Source: an uncultured Acidobacteriaceae bacterium (GTDB lineage Bacteria > Acidobacteriota > Terriglobia > Terriglobales > Acidobacteriaceae). From it: DNA of 64,000 nucleotides. The stretch spans positions 177,492 through 241,491 of the forward strand of contig CAWIKQ010000005.1 in the NCBI GenBank assembly GCA_963836675.1. The letters are read 5' to 3'. Below are positions 8,340 through 18,779 of this stretch, piece by piece. Position 1 is the first letter of the stretch. Every line of letters starts with the position of its first letter. The notes beneath the pieces were generated by a model. It saw only the letters and a list, made by a program, of their open reading frames with translations. It was not told the DNA's origin and did no database searches. The position numbers and the translations under genes were made by a program.

Positions 8340-9467
8340 CTATTTCACAATCATTTCAGCCCAGTATTTCGAGCGCGGAAGCGTCTGCGTGATCTTGCTC
8401 TGGACACCTGCCGCGGTCAGCCGTTCCTGGGCTGCCTGCGCATCTCTCCGGGTCAGATACAACCCGAAGAGTGCTGAACCGGACCCTGATAGCGAGGCAT
8501 GAAGGGCTGCCTCCGGAGTGCCGTCGGCCGCAAGAAAACGCTTGATCTCTGCAAGGGAGGGATGCTGGGGAAAGACAACGCGTTCGAAGTCGTTCTGGAT
8601 CCAGCTCGTGATCCCGGTGCGGACAAGCGCGGACTCTTGGGGTCCGGCCAGGTCCCTTCCACTGGAAGGGACACCGGAGGAGCCTGCATGCTTTGCCTCC
8701 GAAAAGGCGCTGGCATAGGCGCGACTCAACTTTTCTAGTCTATCTTCTGACAGATCAGCGGTCAAACCCTCGACGGCACAAAGGGCGTCCCAGTCCCGGA
8801 AGGCTTGGGGAGTGGAAACGCCTATCGGTGGGGTGGCAACCACACACCAGACGGGCTCGAAGTCAGAGAGAGGGTATACGCACTCTCCTCGGCCGCGACC
8901 GAGCACAGCCCCCCCGACAAGAAAAAGCGGTACGTCGGAACCGACCCTGGCGGCCAGTTCGATCTGCTTCGCCAGCCAGTTCTCGACGTTGAAATGCATC
9001 GAGTCCGACTCTGGAACCCCCATTTTTTCAGCAAATTGACTCGTATTAATCCAGCTTGAGCCGTTTCCGGTAACCGGGCATTCTGTTTCTCGGTACGCCC
9101 GAAGTTCCATCTCGAGTCCGGCTAGGGCCGCGACTGCATTTGCAGACCCCGCGCCAAGACCACCCTGAATTGGGAGCCGCTTTTCGATGTGGATGGCTAC
9201 TTCGACGTGCGAGGGGTGGGTATAAAGATCTTTAAGGGCCAGGGAGACCATCTTCCACGCTGTATTCCGCTCGTTCAGAGGGACTCGCTGGTCATTCGAG
9301 GTAATCGAGATGCAGGTCGCAGTGGCACGTCGTGCCGAAACCGTAACCAGATCATGGAGTTCCAGAGTCTGGTAGACGGTTGTGAGTTCATGGAAGCCGT
9401 CCGGGCGGGGCGCACCTATATACAGGCCCAGGTTGATTTTGCAGTGCGAGCGGACGGTTGTGGACAT
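8340..9467 (-). CDS. ispE: 4-diphosphocytidyl-2-C-methyl-D-erythritol kinase, unusually long
   Basis: CKINLGLYIGAPRPDGFHEL, the GHMP motif PIQGGLGAGSANAVA, and SGSGSALFG. 375 aa, against about 285 aa in E. coli. Confidence 0.85.
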   Translation of the reverse strand: MSTTVRSHCKINLGLYIGAPRPDGFHELTTVYQTLELHDLVTVSARRATATCISITSNDQRVPLNERNTAWKMVSLALKDLYTHPSHVEVAIHIEKRLPIQGGLGAGSANAVAALAGLEMELRAYRETECPVTGNGSSWINTSQFAEKMGVPESDSMHFNVENWLAKQIELAARVGSDVPLFLVGGAVLGRGRGECVYPLSDFEPVWCVVATPPIGVSTPQAFRDWDALCAVEGLTADLSEDRLEKLSRAYASAFSEAKHAGSSGVPSSGRDLAGPQESALVRTGITSWIQNDFERVVFPQHPSLAEIKRFLAADGTPEAALHASLSGSGSALFGLYLTRRDAQAAQERLTAAGVQSKITQTLPRSKYWAEMIVK

Positions 9468-9606
9468 ACCGGTCCATTGTAGATTGGGGCCGTCTGGCGC
9501 TCTTCAAAGGCCATCGGCAACTTCGAGGGACTTCCCTTTTTGCTTGCGCGTAATATTGGGGTGTTCATCCTGGGTTCGCGAGTACCCCGCGGAAGGAGGG
9601 CGCCAG

Positions 9607-10578
9607 TTGACCGCGTTCCGGCGAGCGTCGGCTCTTGGTTGCGCACTCCTTTTGTGTGGGGCCGCAAAACCCGGCTGGACCCAGCCCTCCCCCATAAGAG
9701 CTGACGGTCCCGCCTATTCCGCGCCGCTTGAGCTCATCCATGACAAACCATATGTTTCGGTAACGGTAAATGGACGAGGGCCTTTTCGATTTCTCGTCGA
9801 TACAGGTACGGGCGGTCAGGCGCTGGTTACGCCGGAACTGGCTGACGAGCTTTCATTGCCGGTTGTCGGGCACGCGCGGTTGGAAGATCCCAGTGGACTT
9901 GGCGAACAACGTTCCGATATCACCCGGATAGTGTCGCTGAAGATCGCAGGTGCGGAGTTCTCAGACGTCGACGCGGTCGTCCATAACCTGTATGGAGACG
10001 CGAAATGCCAGGGCGTACTTGGATTCACCCTCTTCGAAGACTACCTGCTGACCCTGGACTTCCCCGGACGCCGGATGTTGCTGAAGCCTGGCGTCATCGA
10101 CAGGAATGCAAGCGGCTCGGTGCTGCCATTCGAGATGCCGGATGGGGTTCCAATTGTTCAGATCAAGATCGACGAGCAGCAATTTGGGGCACAGCTTGAT
10201 TCCGGCGGGACCGGGCTGAGCGTGCCGGAGAAGGACTCGAAGGAACTGAAGTTCGAAGAGACTCCAGTGGACTTCGCCAAGGGCGAATCAGTTTCAACAA
10301 GGTTTCAGATCAGGGCGGCGCGGCTGGAATCGGACGTAAAACTTGGGCGATACACCTTCAAACAGGCGTTTATTGAGATTGATTCTGCGTTTCCGCTGGT
10401 GAACATCGGTTCGACGCCGCTGCAGCACTTCGTAATTACATTCGATCAAACGAATGAGCTGGTGCGCCTGTACTCGAGCGAGGACACGCTTCATCTCGAT
10501 GCGTCGCCGCCACCGGCGCAGCTAATCAATGAACCGCAGCGACATCCTTCGGATACCAGGCTGGTCCCGGTGGGGTGA
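9607..10578 (+). CDS. secreted retropepsin-like aspartyl protease
   Basis: Two Asp motifs (FLVDTGTGG and QLDSGGTG). Signal-like RRASALGCALLLCGAA. AGGAGG at 9594-9599 lies 7 nt before an in-frame TTG at 9607. The maximal ORF (9382) would overlap ispE. Confidence 0.7.
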   Translation: MTAFRRASALGCALLLCGAAKPGWTQPSPIRADGPAYSAPLELIHDKPYVSVTVNGRGPFRFLVDTGTGGQALVTPELADELSLPVVGHARLEDPSGLGEQRSDITRIVSLKIAGAEFSDVDAVVHNLYGDAKCQGVLGFTLFEDYLLTLDFPGRRMLLKPGVIDRNASGSVLPFEMPDGVPIVQIKIDEQQFGAQLDSGGTGLSVPEKDSKELKFEETPVDFAKGESVSTRFQIRAARLESDVKLGRYTFKQAFIEIDSAFPLVNIGSTPLQHFVITFDQTNELVRLYSSEDTLHLDASPPPAQLINEPQRHPSDTRLVPVG

Positions 10579-10796
10579 AGTTCAGTTCTTAGCAATCGGC
10601 CCTCAGCTTTCCGCCTCTTCAGCTTTCCGCCTTCAGTTAGTGTCCTGTTGCGCTTATGGATGAAGGTGTCTGCTGGGCGGTTGGGACCGAAATTGGAACT
10701 ATTGGAGATGCCGAAGCGTATTACCGGGTTGTGGCATACACTGTTGCCGGAGTAACCAGTGTGCCTTCTGGTACGCGAAAGGCGGAGCATAGGGAT

Positions 10797-11528
10797 ATGA
10801 AGAGGATCATCCACAGCATCGTTATCATCACCGCGCTGACCGGCGCGGCTGCATTGCAAGCGCAAACGGCCGACGAAATTGTGAACAAGCACATCGCTGC
10901 CCTGGGCGGTAAAGAGGCGATCAGCAAGGTGAAGTCGCTTGTGACGGAGAGCACGATCTCGATGATGGGAGGCGAAAACCCCGCCACCACGACGATCGTG
11001 GACGGTGTGGGCTACAAGAGCGAGATGGAATTCAACGGCACGAAGATTGTGCAGTGCGTGACCGACAAGAGCGGCTGGATGATCAATCCGATGACGGGTG
11101 CATCCGACCCTTCGCCGATGCCGGAAGATCAGTACAAGGTACAAAAGAACAGTATCTACGTTGGCGGAGCGCTCTCTGACTATGAATCCCGGGGAAGCAA
11201 ACTGGAACTCATGGGAAAAGAGGGCGATGCCTACAAGATCAAGCTGACCACCAAAGACAACATCGAGTACTTCTATCAAATCGATGCGACGACCTATTTG
11301 CTGAAATCCATGGTGACCAAAGGGGATATGCAGGGTCAGCAAGTGGACATTACCACGACATTGTCGGACTACCGAAAGACGGATGCGGGCTTCATGGTTC
11401 CCTATGCCCTCGACATCAATATTGGTGGTCAGTTTGAGCTCACCGTCGCCGTGAAAAAGGTTCAGCTCAACCCGACCATCGATCCTTCCTTCTTCGACAT
11501 GCCCAAGGCACCTGCTCCGAAAAGCTAA
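10797..11528 (+). CDS. secreted LolA-fold / lipoprotein-sorting-like protein (putative)
   Basis: MKRIIHSIVIITALTGAAALQAQTADEIVNKHIAALGG resembles the signal peptide plus N-terminus of that family. The internal ATG was chosen over the maximal ORF start at 10656. Confidence 0.5.
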   Translation: MKRIIHSIVIITALTGAAALQAQTADEIVNKHIAALGGKEAISKVKSLVTESTISMMGGENPATTTIVDGVGYKSEMEFNGTKIVQCVTDKSGWMINPMTGASDPSPMPEDQYKVQKNSIYVGGALSDYESRGSKLELMGKEGDAYKIKLTTKDNIEYFYQIDATTYLLKSMVTKGDMQGQQVDITTTLSDYRKTDAGFMVPYALDINIGGQFELTVAVKKVQLNPTIDPSFFDMPKAPAPKS

Positions 11529-12460
11529 TAAGAGCGTGATCGAGCGTCACCCGTCGCGGTGGCGCTCGATACCATTTCCCGCGCATTCCGCAAGGATGTG
11601 ACAGGGTCTTCGGTCGGGTGAAATTCCATCGCTACAACATGCTTATATTTGAGCTCGGCGAGCTTACGATAGATGCTGGCATAGTTGATTTCGCCGGTGC
11701 CAGGTTCGTGGCGTCCAGGAACGTCGGCCACATGGACGAGGCCGATTACATCGATGTTTTTCTCCAACTTTTCGATGAGATTTCCTTCGGCGATCTGCTC
11801 GTGAAAGATGTCGTAGAGGAACTGCACCTGGGGATGATCGACGGCGCGGACGATCTCGATCGCCTCGGCGGCGGACTGCAGGAAGTAATTGGGATTCTCC
11901 TCAGGGTCAATGCACTCGAGCAGGAGCCGGATGGGTGTTCCGTCGATCCGGCGGCCTTCGACCAGAGACGCGGCACGTTTAAGTCCCTCGATGCAACTCG
12001 CGCGCTGAGCCTGGCGCGAAAGATTGGGCACAACGTTTCCGGAAAGAACGATCATTGCCGGACAGGCAAGCGTCTCCATCGGCCTTAACGCATTCGTCAG
12101 CTCAGCCAGGAACGAGTCGCGCGCCGATGGATCGCAAAGACTGCTATGCAACCCTGCGGTTGCGTCGAAGCGGATGCCGAATTGATTGCGGGCAGCGTTG
12201 GCACGCTCGAAATCGGCATTGTTCCAATTGGCGTATTCGCTTACAAGCTCGACATTGCTATATCCCGCTTCGGCAATTTTTGCGAGGCGCTGCTCAAAGG
12301 GCAATTTGTCGAAAACGGTCCACAGCATGACAGAGAGCGGGAATGGCGCCGTTTCCAATGGGGGATCGTGAGCCGCCCCGGCGTGCAGAACCGAGGAGGC
12401 GATCGTTGCGGAGGCAAGACCGCGAAAGAATTGGCGACGATTCAATGCGTCAAATTTCAT
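11525..12460 (-). CDS. Tat-exported sugar-phosphate isomerase/epimerase (xylose-isomerase-like TIM barrel)
   Basis: Twin-arginine motif NRRQFFRGLASA. AGYSNVEL, LLLECI, VHVADVPGRHEPGTGEINY are typical of the family. ATGA overlap with the upstream gene at 12457-12460. Confidence 0.75.
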   Translation of the reverse strand: MKFDALNRRQFFRGLASATIASSVLHAGAAHDPPLETAPFPLSVMLWTVFDKLPFEQRLAKIAEAGYSNVELVSEYANWNNADFERANAARNQFGIRFDATAGLHSSLCDPSARDSFLAELTNALRPMETLACPAMIVLSGNVVPNLSRQAQRASCIEGLKRAASLVEGRRIDGTPIRLLLECIDPEENPNYFLQSAAEAIEIVRAVDHPQVQFLYDIFHEQIAEGNLIEKLEKNIDVIGLVHVADVPGRHEPGTGEINYASIYRKLAELKYKHVVAMEFHPTEDPVTSLRNAREMVSSATATGDARSRSY

Positions 12461-13830
12461 CTTGCGGACACCTTGCCGGAACGGCGTAGGGCCTGCCAAT
12501 CTTTTTCTGTCTGGTCCGCATAGAGAGAGCCGAATTTCGCAAGGGCCTCGGCAAAGGCCTCGCCGTTGCCCAGGTAGCCGGCAATCACAAGTGGGTCGCC
12601 GGAGCGCGCGTGACCGCGCGCCAGCAATTCGCCGCAGACCTCTCCAAAGGCAGCCAGCCCCGTGCCGGTAAGATCGGCAAGGTCGATCGCGCCTTTATGA
12701 TCGTTGAGCTGGCGAACGAGGAAGTGCCGAGTGCCGATGTGGGTCCAGCCAAGGAACGGGTCGGACTGCAACTGCATTGCGCGCTGGCCGATGACGACGC
12801 GCTGGCCGTTTTGCAGGCTAGGATGGGCATTCGGAAGATAAGGCGCGTAGGCAGAGTGAGCTTCTTCCTTGATCTGCAGGAAGAGTGGATCGTTGGGCCC
12901 GTTGCCCTCGAAGTAAATGCAATAGTCGCGCAAACCCACTGATCCGGTACCGACGACTTTGAAGGCGACGTCGACCGGGCGATAGAGGGAAAGCAGGTGC
13001 TGCCGCTGCGACTCGAGCATCTCGCGATAGGGTCCGAGTGCGGCTAATATCTTTTCGGCCCGCGCACCGGTGATGCGGGTGACGTTCGGCTTGATTTCTT
13101 TGAAGCGTCGACTTCCGGGTTTGCCTGGAACCGGTTCCGTGAGCTGATCGAGAGTATGAAGAGGGGTTGCGCGCTCGGCCTTCAACAACGCATCGTGCAC
13201 AGGCTCGACATCCCCAAGACGATGGACCTGAAACCGCCCAACTTCAAGAAGCGGCATCCGCGCGAAGGCGCGCATGAGCTCGCAGTAGCGCATAATGCAG
13301 CGATAGACAGCGTCACGCGCGGAAGACTCCTTGTGACGCGACTCGCGACCAGCAAGAACGAGCGATGCCGCCATGCGCTTGAGGTCCCACTCGAAGGGAC
13401 CTCGAATTGTTTCGTCGAAATCGTTGATATCGAAGACCAGGCGTCCGTCTGGCGCCGCGAAGGCGCCGAGGTTACGCACGTGGGCATCGCCGCAGAGTTG
13501 CGACTCAATTCCGGTGTTGGGGATGACTGCAAGGTCGGCTGCCATCACTGGCGCCGCGCCGCGAAAATAGACAAATGGCGACTGCGCCATGAGCTGATGC
13601 TTGAGCTTGAGGAGAGCGGACACCCGGCCGCGCTCGGCGCGCTCGAGCAGTGCTAGAGGCGTGGCTTTGCGAACCTTGATATTGAGTTGATCGTGTTGCT
13701 GTCGACCAAACTGCTTGCGTCGCGACTGGCCGAGATTGCGTCGTTCTTCCGGCGTTGCCCAGGACATGGAAGCACTCCCCTTTGTGCTCTCTGGAAGAAT
13801 AGTCTCTTGAAAGCCGTTTGCAACTGTCAC
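12457..13830 (-). CDS. DUF2252-family protein
   Basis: SPFVYFRGAAPVMAADLA...CGDAHVRNLGAFAAPDGRLVFDINDFDETIRGPFEWDLKRMAASL matches my memory of the DUF2252 core. Confidence 0.7.
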   Translation of the reverse strand: MTVANGFQETILPESTKGSASMSWATPEERRNLGQSRRKQFGRQQHDQLNIKVRKATPLALLERAERGRVSALLKLKHQLMAQSPFVYFRGAAPVMAADLAVIPNTGIESQLCGDAHVRNLGAFAAPDGRLVFDINDFDETIRGPFEWDLKRMAASLVLAGRESRHKESSARDAVYRCIMRYCELMRAFARMPLLEVGRFQVHRLGDVEPVHDALLKAERATPLHTLDQLTEPVPGKPGSRRFKEIKPNVTRITGARAEKILAALGPYREMLESQRQHLLSLYRPVDVAFKVVGTGSVGLRDYCIYFEGNGPNDPLFLQIKEEAHSAYAPYLPNAHPSLQNGQRVVIGQRAMQLQSDPFLGWTHIGTRHFLVRQLNDHKGAIDLADLTGTGLAAFGEVCGELLARGHARSGDPLVIAGYLGNGEAFAEALAKFGSLYADQTEKDWQALRRSGKVSAR

Positions 13831-13914
13831 GATGACAAGTGAATGAAACTACTCGGGTACACTGGTTTCCCGGTAAATCTTTGACCACGCCGGAAGCCCA
13901 CCGGAGGGAACTTC

Positions 13915-16135
13915 TTGAAGCGCTTCGCTCGCTGCGTTGCCCCGTATTTCGTGGCCATGGCTCTGGTTGCATCCAAACTCAACGGGCAGGAAGACGCGAA
14001 ACCCCTTACTGTGGAGGGAATTTTCGGCCATGGCCCGTTGACGGGAACACCTCCGCGCGGAGTTTCGTGGTCGCCCGATGCGCAACACCTGACCTACCTC
14101 GATGGCGGAGAGCTGGTAGATGTTGATCCGGGGCAAGGGAGATCTCATATCCTCGTCGGCCACGCAAAGCTGGCTACGCTTGGGGGTAAGGGAAGAGGTT
14201 CAGAAAAAGACCGGGATCGTCGCGAACGCTACGGGATGGCAAGCTACCTGTGGGCGCCGGACTCAAAACATATCCTGTTCGATTCGAACGGAAGTCTCTG
14301 GCTCTACGATCTGGCCAGCGGAACCGGGGTCCAGATTGGACTGGCAGGAGAAGGTTCCGAGGATGACCCCAAATTCTCTCCTAACGGTGAGTTTGTCTCG
14401 TTTGTGCGAAACCATGGGCTCGCCGTTGTCAGGTTGCGTGATCCAGGATCGCCAACAGGGATGGTGGCAACCACTCCGAACCCGAACGTCCTGAATGGCG
14501 CAGTCGACTGGGTGTACGAAGAAGAGCTGACGACGCGGAGCAATTATTTCTGGTCGCCGGATTCGAAGAACCTGGCGTTTCTTCAGATGATCGAGGAGAA
14601 CGTGCCGGAATATCCAATTGTGGACTGGATTCCGACGCACGCGAATGTGGACGATCAGCGGTATCCGCAGCCGGGTGATCCGAATCCGGATGTGCGCGTC
14701 GGTGTGGTCGGCGCCAAAGGTGGCAAGACCTCGTGGGTCCACATTCCCATCGTGCAGAGCCAGGATTACATTCCACGATTTGGATGGGTGGATCGTAAAA
14801 CTCTCTGGGTGGAAACTCTCACCCGCGATCAAAAGCATCGAAACATCTACTTTGCAGATCCCGGTTCTGGAACGGCTCATAGCGTTCTCGAGATAGCGGA
14901 TGAAAAATTCCTCGACGATGATTATGACGTGAATGTCGTGCATGGCTGGATCGTTCTGACCAGTTGGACCGACGGCCACAGGCATATCTACCTGTACCAA
15001 TACGATGAGCAGAAGACTGAGTCCACCAGCGCGAAACTGGTAAAACAGCTGACCCAGGGTGATTTTGACGTCGCAGCTGTCTATCGCGTCGATCCCTCGC
15101 GCAAGGAGATTTTCTACGCTTCCAACGAGGGCGGAACCGCTGGAGCAGCAAGCGTGGCAGGTGAACTTCGATGGCGAGCGCAAGCAGTTGACGACAGAAT
15201 CAGGTTTTCACGATGTCGGGTTTGCACCGGTTGGAGGAAAATTTACCGACAAGTTCTCGACCCGTATCAAACCTCCGGCACTGCGACTCTGCAGTATCGG
15301 ATCAGACTGCAAGACGTCTTGGGAATCGCACACCGTCGACGGTTTGGGGCTGCGAGTTCCGGAACAAGTCGAGATCAAAGCACGCGATGGGACCGCGCTC
15401 TATGCAACCTTGCTGATGCCGACCAAATCCGATGGCGCAGCAACCGTGCCGTTGATTGTGAATCCGTATGGTGGACCGGCTGTGCAAGGGCTGGTGAACC
15501 GCTGGAGCGATTCTTTGCTCTTCGATGAATTGCTAGCGCAACATGGGTTCGCAGTCCTGCATGCGGATAATCGAGGCATGGCAATGCGGGGGCGCGATTT
15601 TGCGCAAGCAGCATACCGCAACTTCGGACCGGTGCAGCTTGAGGACCAATTGATGGTCATCGATGCCGTACTTGGGAAGTATCCGGAACTCGACGCGAAG
15701 CGAATCGGATGGTGGGGTGGAAGCTGGGGCGGTACATTCACTCTCTATGCGATGACGCACTCAGACCGGTTCACGGCGGGGGTCGCGCTCGCGCCGGTTA
15801 CGGATTGGCGCAGTTACGATTCCATCTACACGGAGCGGTACCTTGGCCGTCCCGAAGATTCTCAGGATGAGTATAAGAATTTCTCTGTCGTCAATTCGGC
15901 GGCGAAACTGAAGGGACATCTCCTGCTGGTCCATGGGACGGGCGATGACAACGTGCATATCGGAAACACAGTTCAGTTTGTGCAGATGCTGATTGATGCC
16001 CAGATTCCTTACGATCTGCAGATCTATCCGCGAAAGACCCATTCTTTCTCCGGCGCGGAGACACGGGTGCATCTGTTTTCGCGGATCCTCTCACACTTCG
16101 AAGAGTACCTGAAGGCTCCGGGCTATGAGCGATGA
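13915..16135 (+). pseudogene. dipeptidyl-peptidase IV (S9B) family serine peptidase, split by a +1 frameshift near 15130
   Basis: ORF 13915..15528 carries the propeller part (FSPNGEFVSFVRN, VDWVYEEEL, YPQPGDPNP). ORF 15059..16135 carries the catalytic part (GGSWGG, HGTGDDNVH). The proteins join at SNEG / EPLEQQAWQVNFDG. Confidence 0.8.
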
Positions 16136-16196
16136 GAAGAATGAAGCGACAGCCGCATAGTTGCTTCGGCTCGAATTGACGCTGCTCGATGTAGCA

Positions 16197-16394
16197 TCAG
16201 GCGCGACGCAAGAGAGTGGAGGAGCTGCTCTCGCCTTCGGCTCTCAGGACCTGTCTGGGCGCAAGAGTCCACTTCTGTAACTGCTCGTGGCGCAGACTAA
16301 CGACGCGCCAGCCATCTAGGACTTCGTATGCAGGATGTTTCTGTGGATATGGCTTAAACGGCGTATTGCTGGGCCGAAGACCTCCGGCACACAA
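16197..16394 (-). pseudogene. possible remnant of a DUF559/Vsr-like endonuclease C-terminus
   Basis: Only ...YEVLDGWRVVSLRHEQL resembles the family C-terminus. No intact N-terminal part was found in any frame. Confidence 0.25.
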
Positions 16395-16743
16395 ATTTCT
16401 CTTCTGATTCTGCTTCTCGAACCGGGCGCTGGTCGCTACAGCTCATGCCGGCTGAACATCTCGTCTTTGTCCCGACCGGAACAACTGGTGCACTCTAGGC
16501 AGCAGACAAGCAGAACGGCCACCCCCAACGTGACCAGAATGGCCAGCACACTCGCGTAGGACGAAACGAAATGGAGAAGATTATGCATATACCATGGCCA
16601 AACTCGCAGCTGGGAAAAACCAGCAGCGGTGAAAGTGGGAGTGTTCCTTTATTGACAACGCCAAGTCTACCACTGATTAGGATGTCAGAAGCACTAGCAG
16701 AAGTTGCAGAACGGCGAATAAAGAGCGAAACTAAAGAGCGCTC

Positions 16744-18123
16744 ATGAAAGAGAACGGTGGAAATCCCGACATCAAACTTGCCGATGAGGAGCAGCCACAG
16801 GGAAACCTCCCTTCGGCTACCGCGCACCTGTTGGCGAAAGAGAATTCTGCCCCTCCTTGCGTTAATTGGCTGTTTGTCGATCTGAACTCGTATTTCGCTT
16901 CGGTCGAGCAGCAGGATCGGGAGGAGCTGCGGGGGAAGCCGGTGGGGGTGGTACCCATGCTGGCGGACACAACCTGCTGCATTGCCGCGAGTTACGAGGC
17001 AAAAGCATACGGCGTAAAAACGGGCACAATCGTGGCGGATGCGAAAAGGATGTGTCCGAACATCATTCTGGTGGAGGGCCGACACGAGCTTTATGTCGAT
17101 TATCACCATCGGATTGTGGAAGCGGTAGAAAGCTGCGTCCCGGTCTCGTCGGTGATGTCGATCGATGAGATGGCCTGCAAACTAATGGGCCGGGAGCGGC
17201 CGCTGCTGGCGGCTCTTGAGCTGGGGCGCAAGGTGAAGGCCGCGATCCGGGACAAGGTGGGGGCCCAACTGCGTAGCTCGGTCGGCCTGGCAACCAGCCG
17301 CTACCTGGCCAAGGTTGCAAGCGACATGGAGAAGCCGGATGGGCTGGTCGCACTGACACTGGATATGCTTCCCGAAGCATTGCGAGCGCTTACCTTGCGG
17401 GATCTGCCGGGGGTCGGTGCAAAAACGGAGAAGCGGCTGAATGAGAAAGGCATTCACACAATGAATGACCTGCTGAAGCTGGATTGCGAACAGGCAGGAC
17501 AATTGTGGGGATCTGTGTGGGGAGAACGCTTGTGGCATTGGCTGAGGGGCGAGGACTTCGAGATGACGGAACACGAGCATCTGAAGTCGATCAGCCACTC
17601 GCACGTCCTGGCTCCGGAGATGCGAACACCGGAGAAGGCGTGGGCGGTGGCACACAAGCTGCTGCACAAGGCGGCGATGCGGCTGCGAACACATAAGCTG
17701 TGGGCGAGCTCGATCGGGTTGGCGGTCGGTTTTTCGGTGCCGCGAGGTATGAATGCGCCAGTCAGCAGCTTTGGAGTGCCAACGCGCGGGTGGCACCACG
17801 AGATTCGGCTGAGTGAGTGCCAGGATAACCAGACGCTGATCGGGGCTCTTGTGCGGTTATGGAATGACAAGCCGAAGGGCAAGGGGTATGACGAGCCCTA
17901 TTTCATTGGCGTGAGCCTGAATGGGCTGGTGCCGGACCGTTTGCACTCGCTGAACCTGTTTGATTCGCTGGATAACGCGAAGAGCCGGGCGAAGCTGCTC
18001 GAGGCGATGGACCAACTCAACCAGAAATACGGAATAAGCACTCTGGCTCCGGCGACTATGCTCGCCGCATACAAGGCCGCGCCAACGCGGATCGCATTTC
18101 ACAGCATTCCGGATTTGTTCTGA
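16744..18123 (+). CDS. Y-family DNA polymerase (DinB/UmuC-like)
   Basis: FVDLNSYFASVEQQDREELRGKPVGVV, SIDEMACKL (catalytic D/E), GLATSRYLAKVASD, LPGVGAKTEKRL. Confidence 0.85.
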   Translation: MKENGGNPDIKLADEEQPQGNLPSATAHLLAKENSAPPCVNWLFVDLNSYFASVEQQDREELRGKPVGVVPMLADTTCCIAASYEAKAYGVKTGTIVADAKRMCPNIILVEGRHELYVDYHHRIVEAVESCVPVSSVMSIDEMACKLMGRERPLLAALELGRKVKAAIRDKVGAQLRSSVGLATSRYLAKVASDMEKPDGLVALTLDMLPEALRALTLRDLPGVGAKTEKRLNEKGIHTMNDLLKLDCEQAGQLWGSVWGERLWHWLRGEDFEMTEHEHLKSISHSHVLAPEMRTPEKAWAVAHKLLHKAAMRLRTHKLWASSIGLAVGFSVPRGMNAPVSSFGVPTRGWHHEIRLSECQDNQTLIGALVRLWNDKPKGKGYDEPYFIGVSLNGLVPDRLHSLNLFDSLDNAKSRAKLLEAMDQLNQKYGISTLAPATMLAAYKAAPTRIAFHSIPDLF

Positions 18124-18131
18124 GCACAGAG

Positions 18132-18623
18132 TCACTTGTTGGCCGCGGGGATGAAATGGAACGTATTCAGGATCAGGCGAATGTGATCTTTGTCCGCATA
18201 CATGACCATGTAGCTGTATCGATCTCCCTTGATTGTGATGGGGCTTGGATACTCGACTATCAGTTCAGCTAAATGAGGCGCTCCCTGATCCGCCGAAGGC
18301 CACACGATGCACGCCGGGAGGTCGCGCACCTTAAGCATTTCGATGTGCGGATGTTCGCCGTATGGCTTCATCTTATGATTCGCGGCCCCTCGGCAGATGG
18401 TCTTGAGTGAACTTCCTTCGGAAGCATCGACCTGGACAGAGCCGTCGGGGCCTTCGAATTCAATGTCTGTATATCGATCGGAATGTTGCCAGTGATTCGG
18501 GTATTGGAAGGTGACGCCGTATTGATCGTCGGCGCAGGTCTTCCAGCCGGCGGTGTCCTGTGAGGTGGCAACGGAAGCAACCGCTAGGAAAATCATAGAA
18601 AGCTCGAGCCCATGGCGTTTCAT
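18132..18623 (-). CDS. hypothetical secreted protein
   Basis: An internal ATG at 18623 gives MKRHGLELSMIFLAVASVATSQ, a signal peptide. No known domain. Confidence 0.55.
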   Translation of the reverse strand: MKRHGLELSMIFLAVASVATSQDTAGWKTCADDQYGVTFQYPNHWQHSDRYTDIEFEGPDGSVQVDASEGSSLKTICRGAANHKMKPYGEHPHIEMLKVRDLPACIVWPSADQGAPHLAELIVEYPSPITIKGDRYSYMVMYADKDHIRLILNTFHFIPAANK

Positions 18624-18779
18624 GAGCAGCCTCCCCGACCGAGATGACCACGCACCAGCATACCCGCAGGAGGAAACAGCGTTCCGGCTCACATCCCTGA
18701 ACATTTTCTCAGCTCTCGCGCGTACCTTTTGCATCCCGAACCGCGTTCCCCTGCGGATTAGGAGGTAGAAGCGAAACCC

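Noticed and set aside
10491-11342. 283-codon minus-strand ORF
   Set aside because: It lies entirely antisense to the better-supported secreted protein at 10797..11528. Its Arg/His-rich composition is typical of shadow ORFs in GC-rich DNA.
16560-16743. Possible LexA box upstream of the Y-family polymerase
   Set aside because: I looked for the GTTC-N7-GTTC direct repeat reported for Acidobacterium capsulatum, and its complement. No match was found by eye.
18698-18724. ECF-type promoter (TGAAC ... CGTA) upstream of the sigma gene at 18780
   Set aside because: The spacer is about 18 nt, longer than the usual 16-17 nt, and the match is short. It is not distinguishable from chance.
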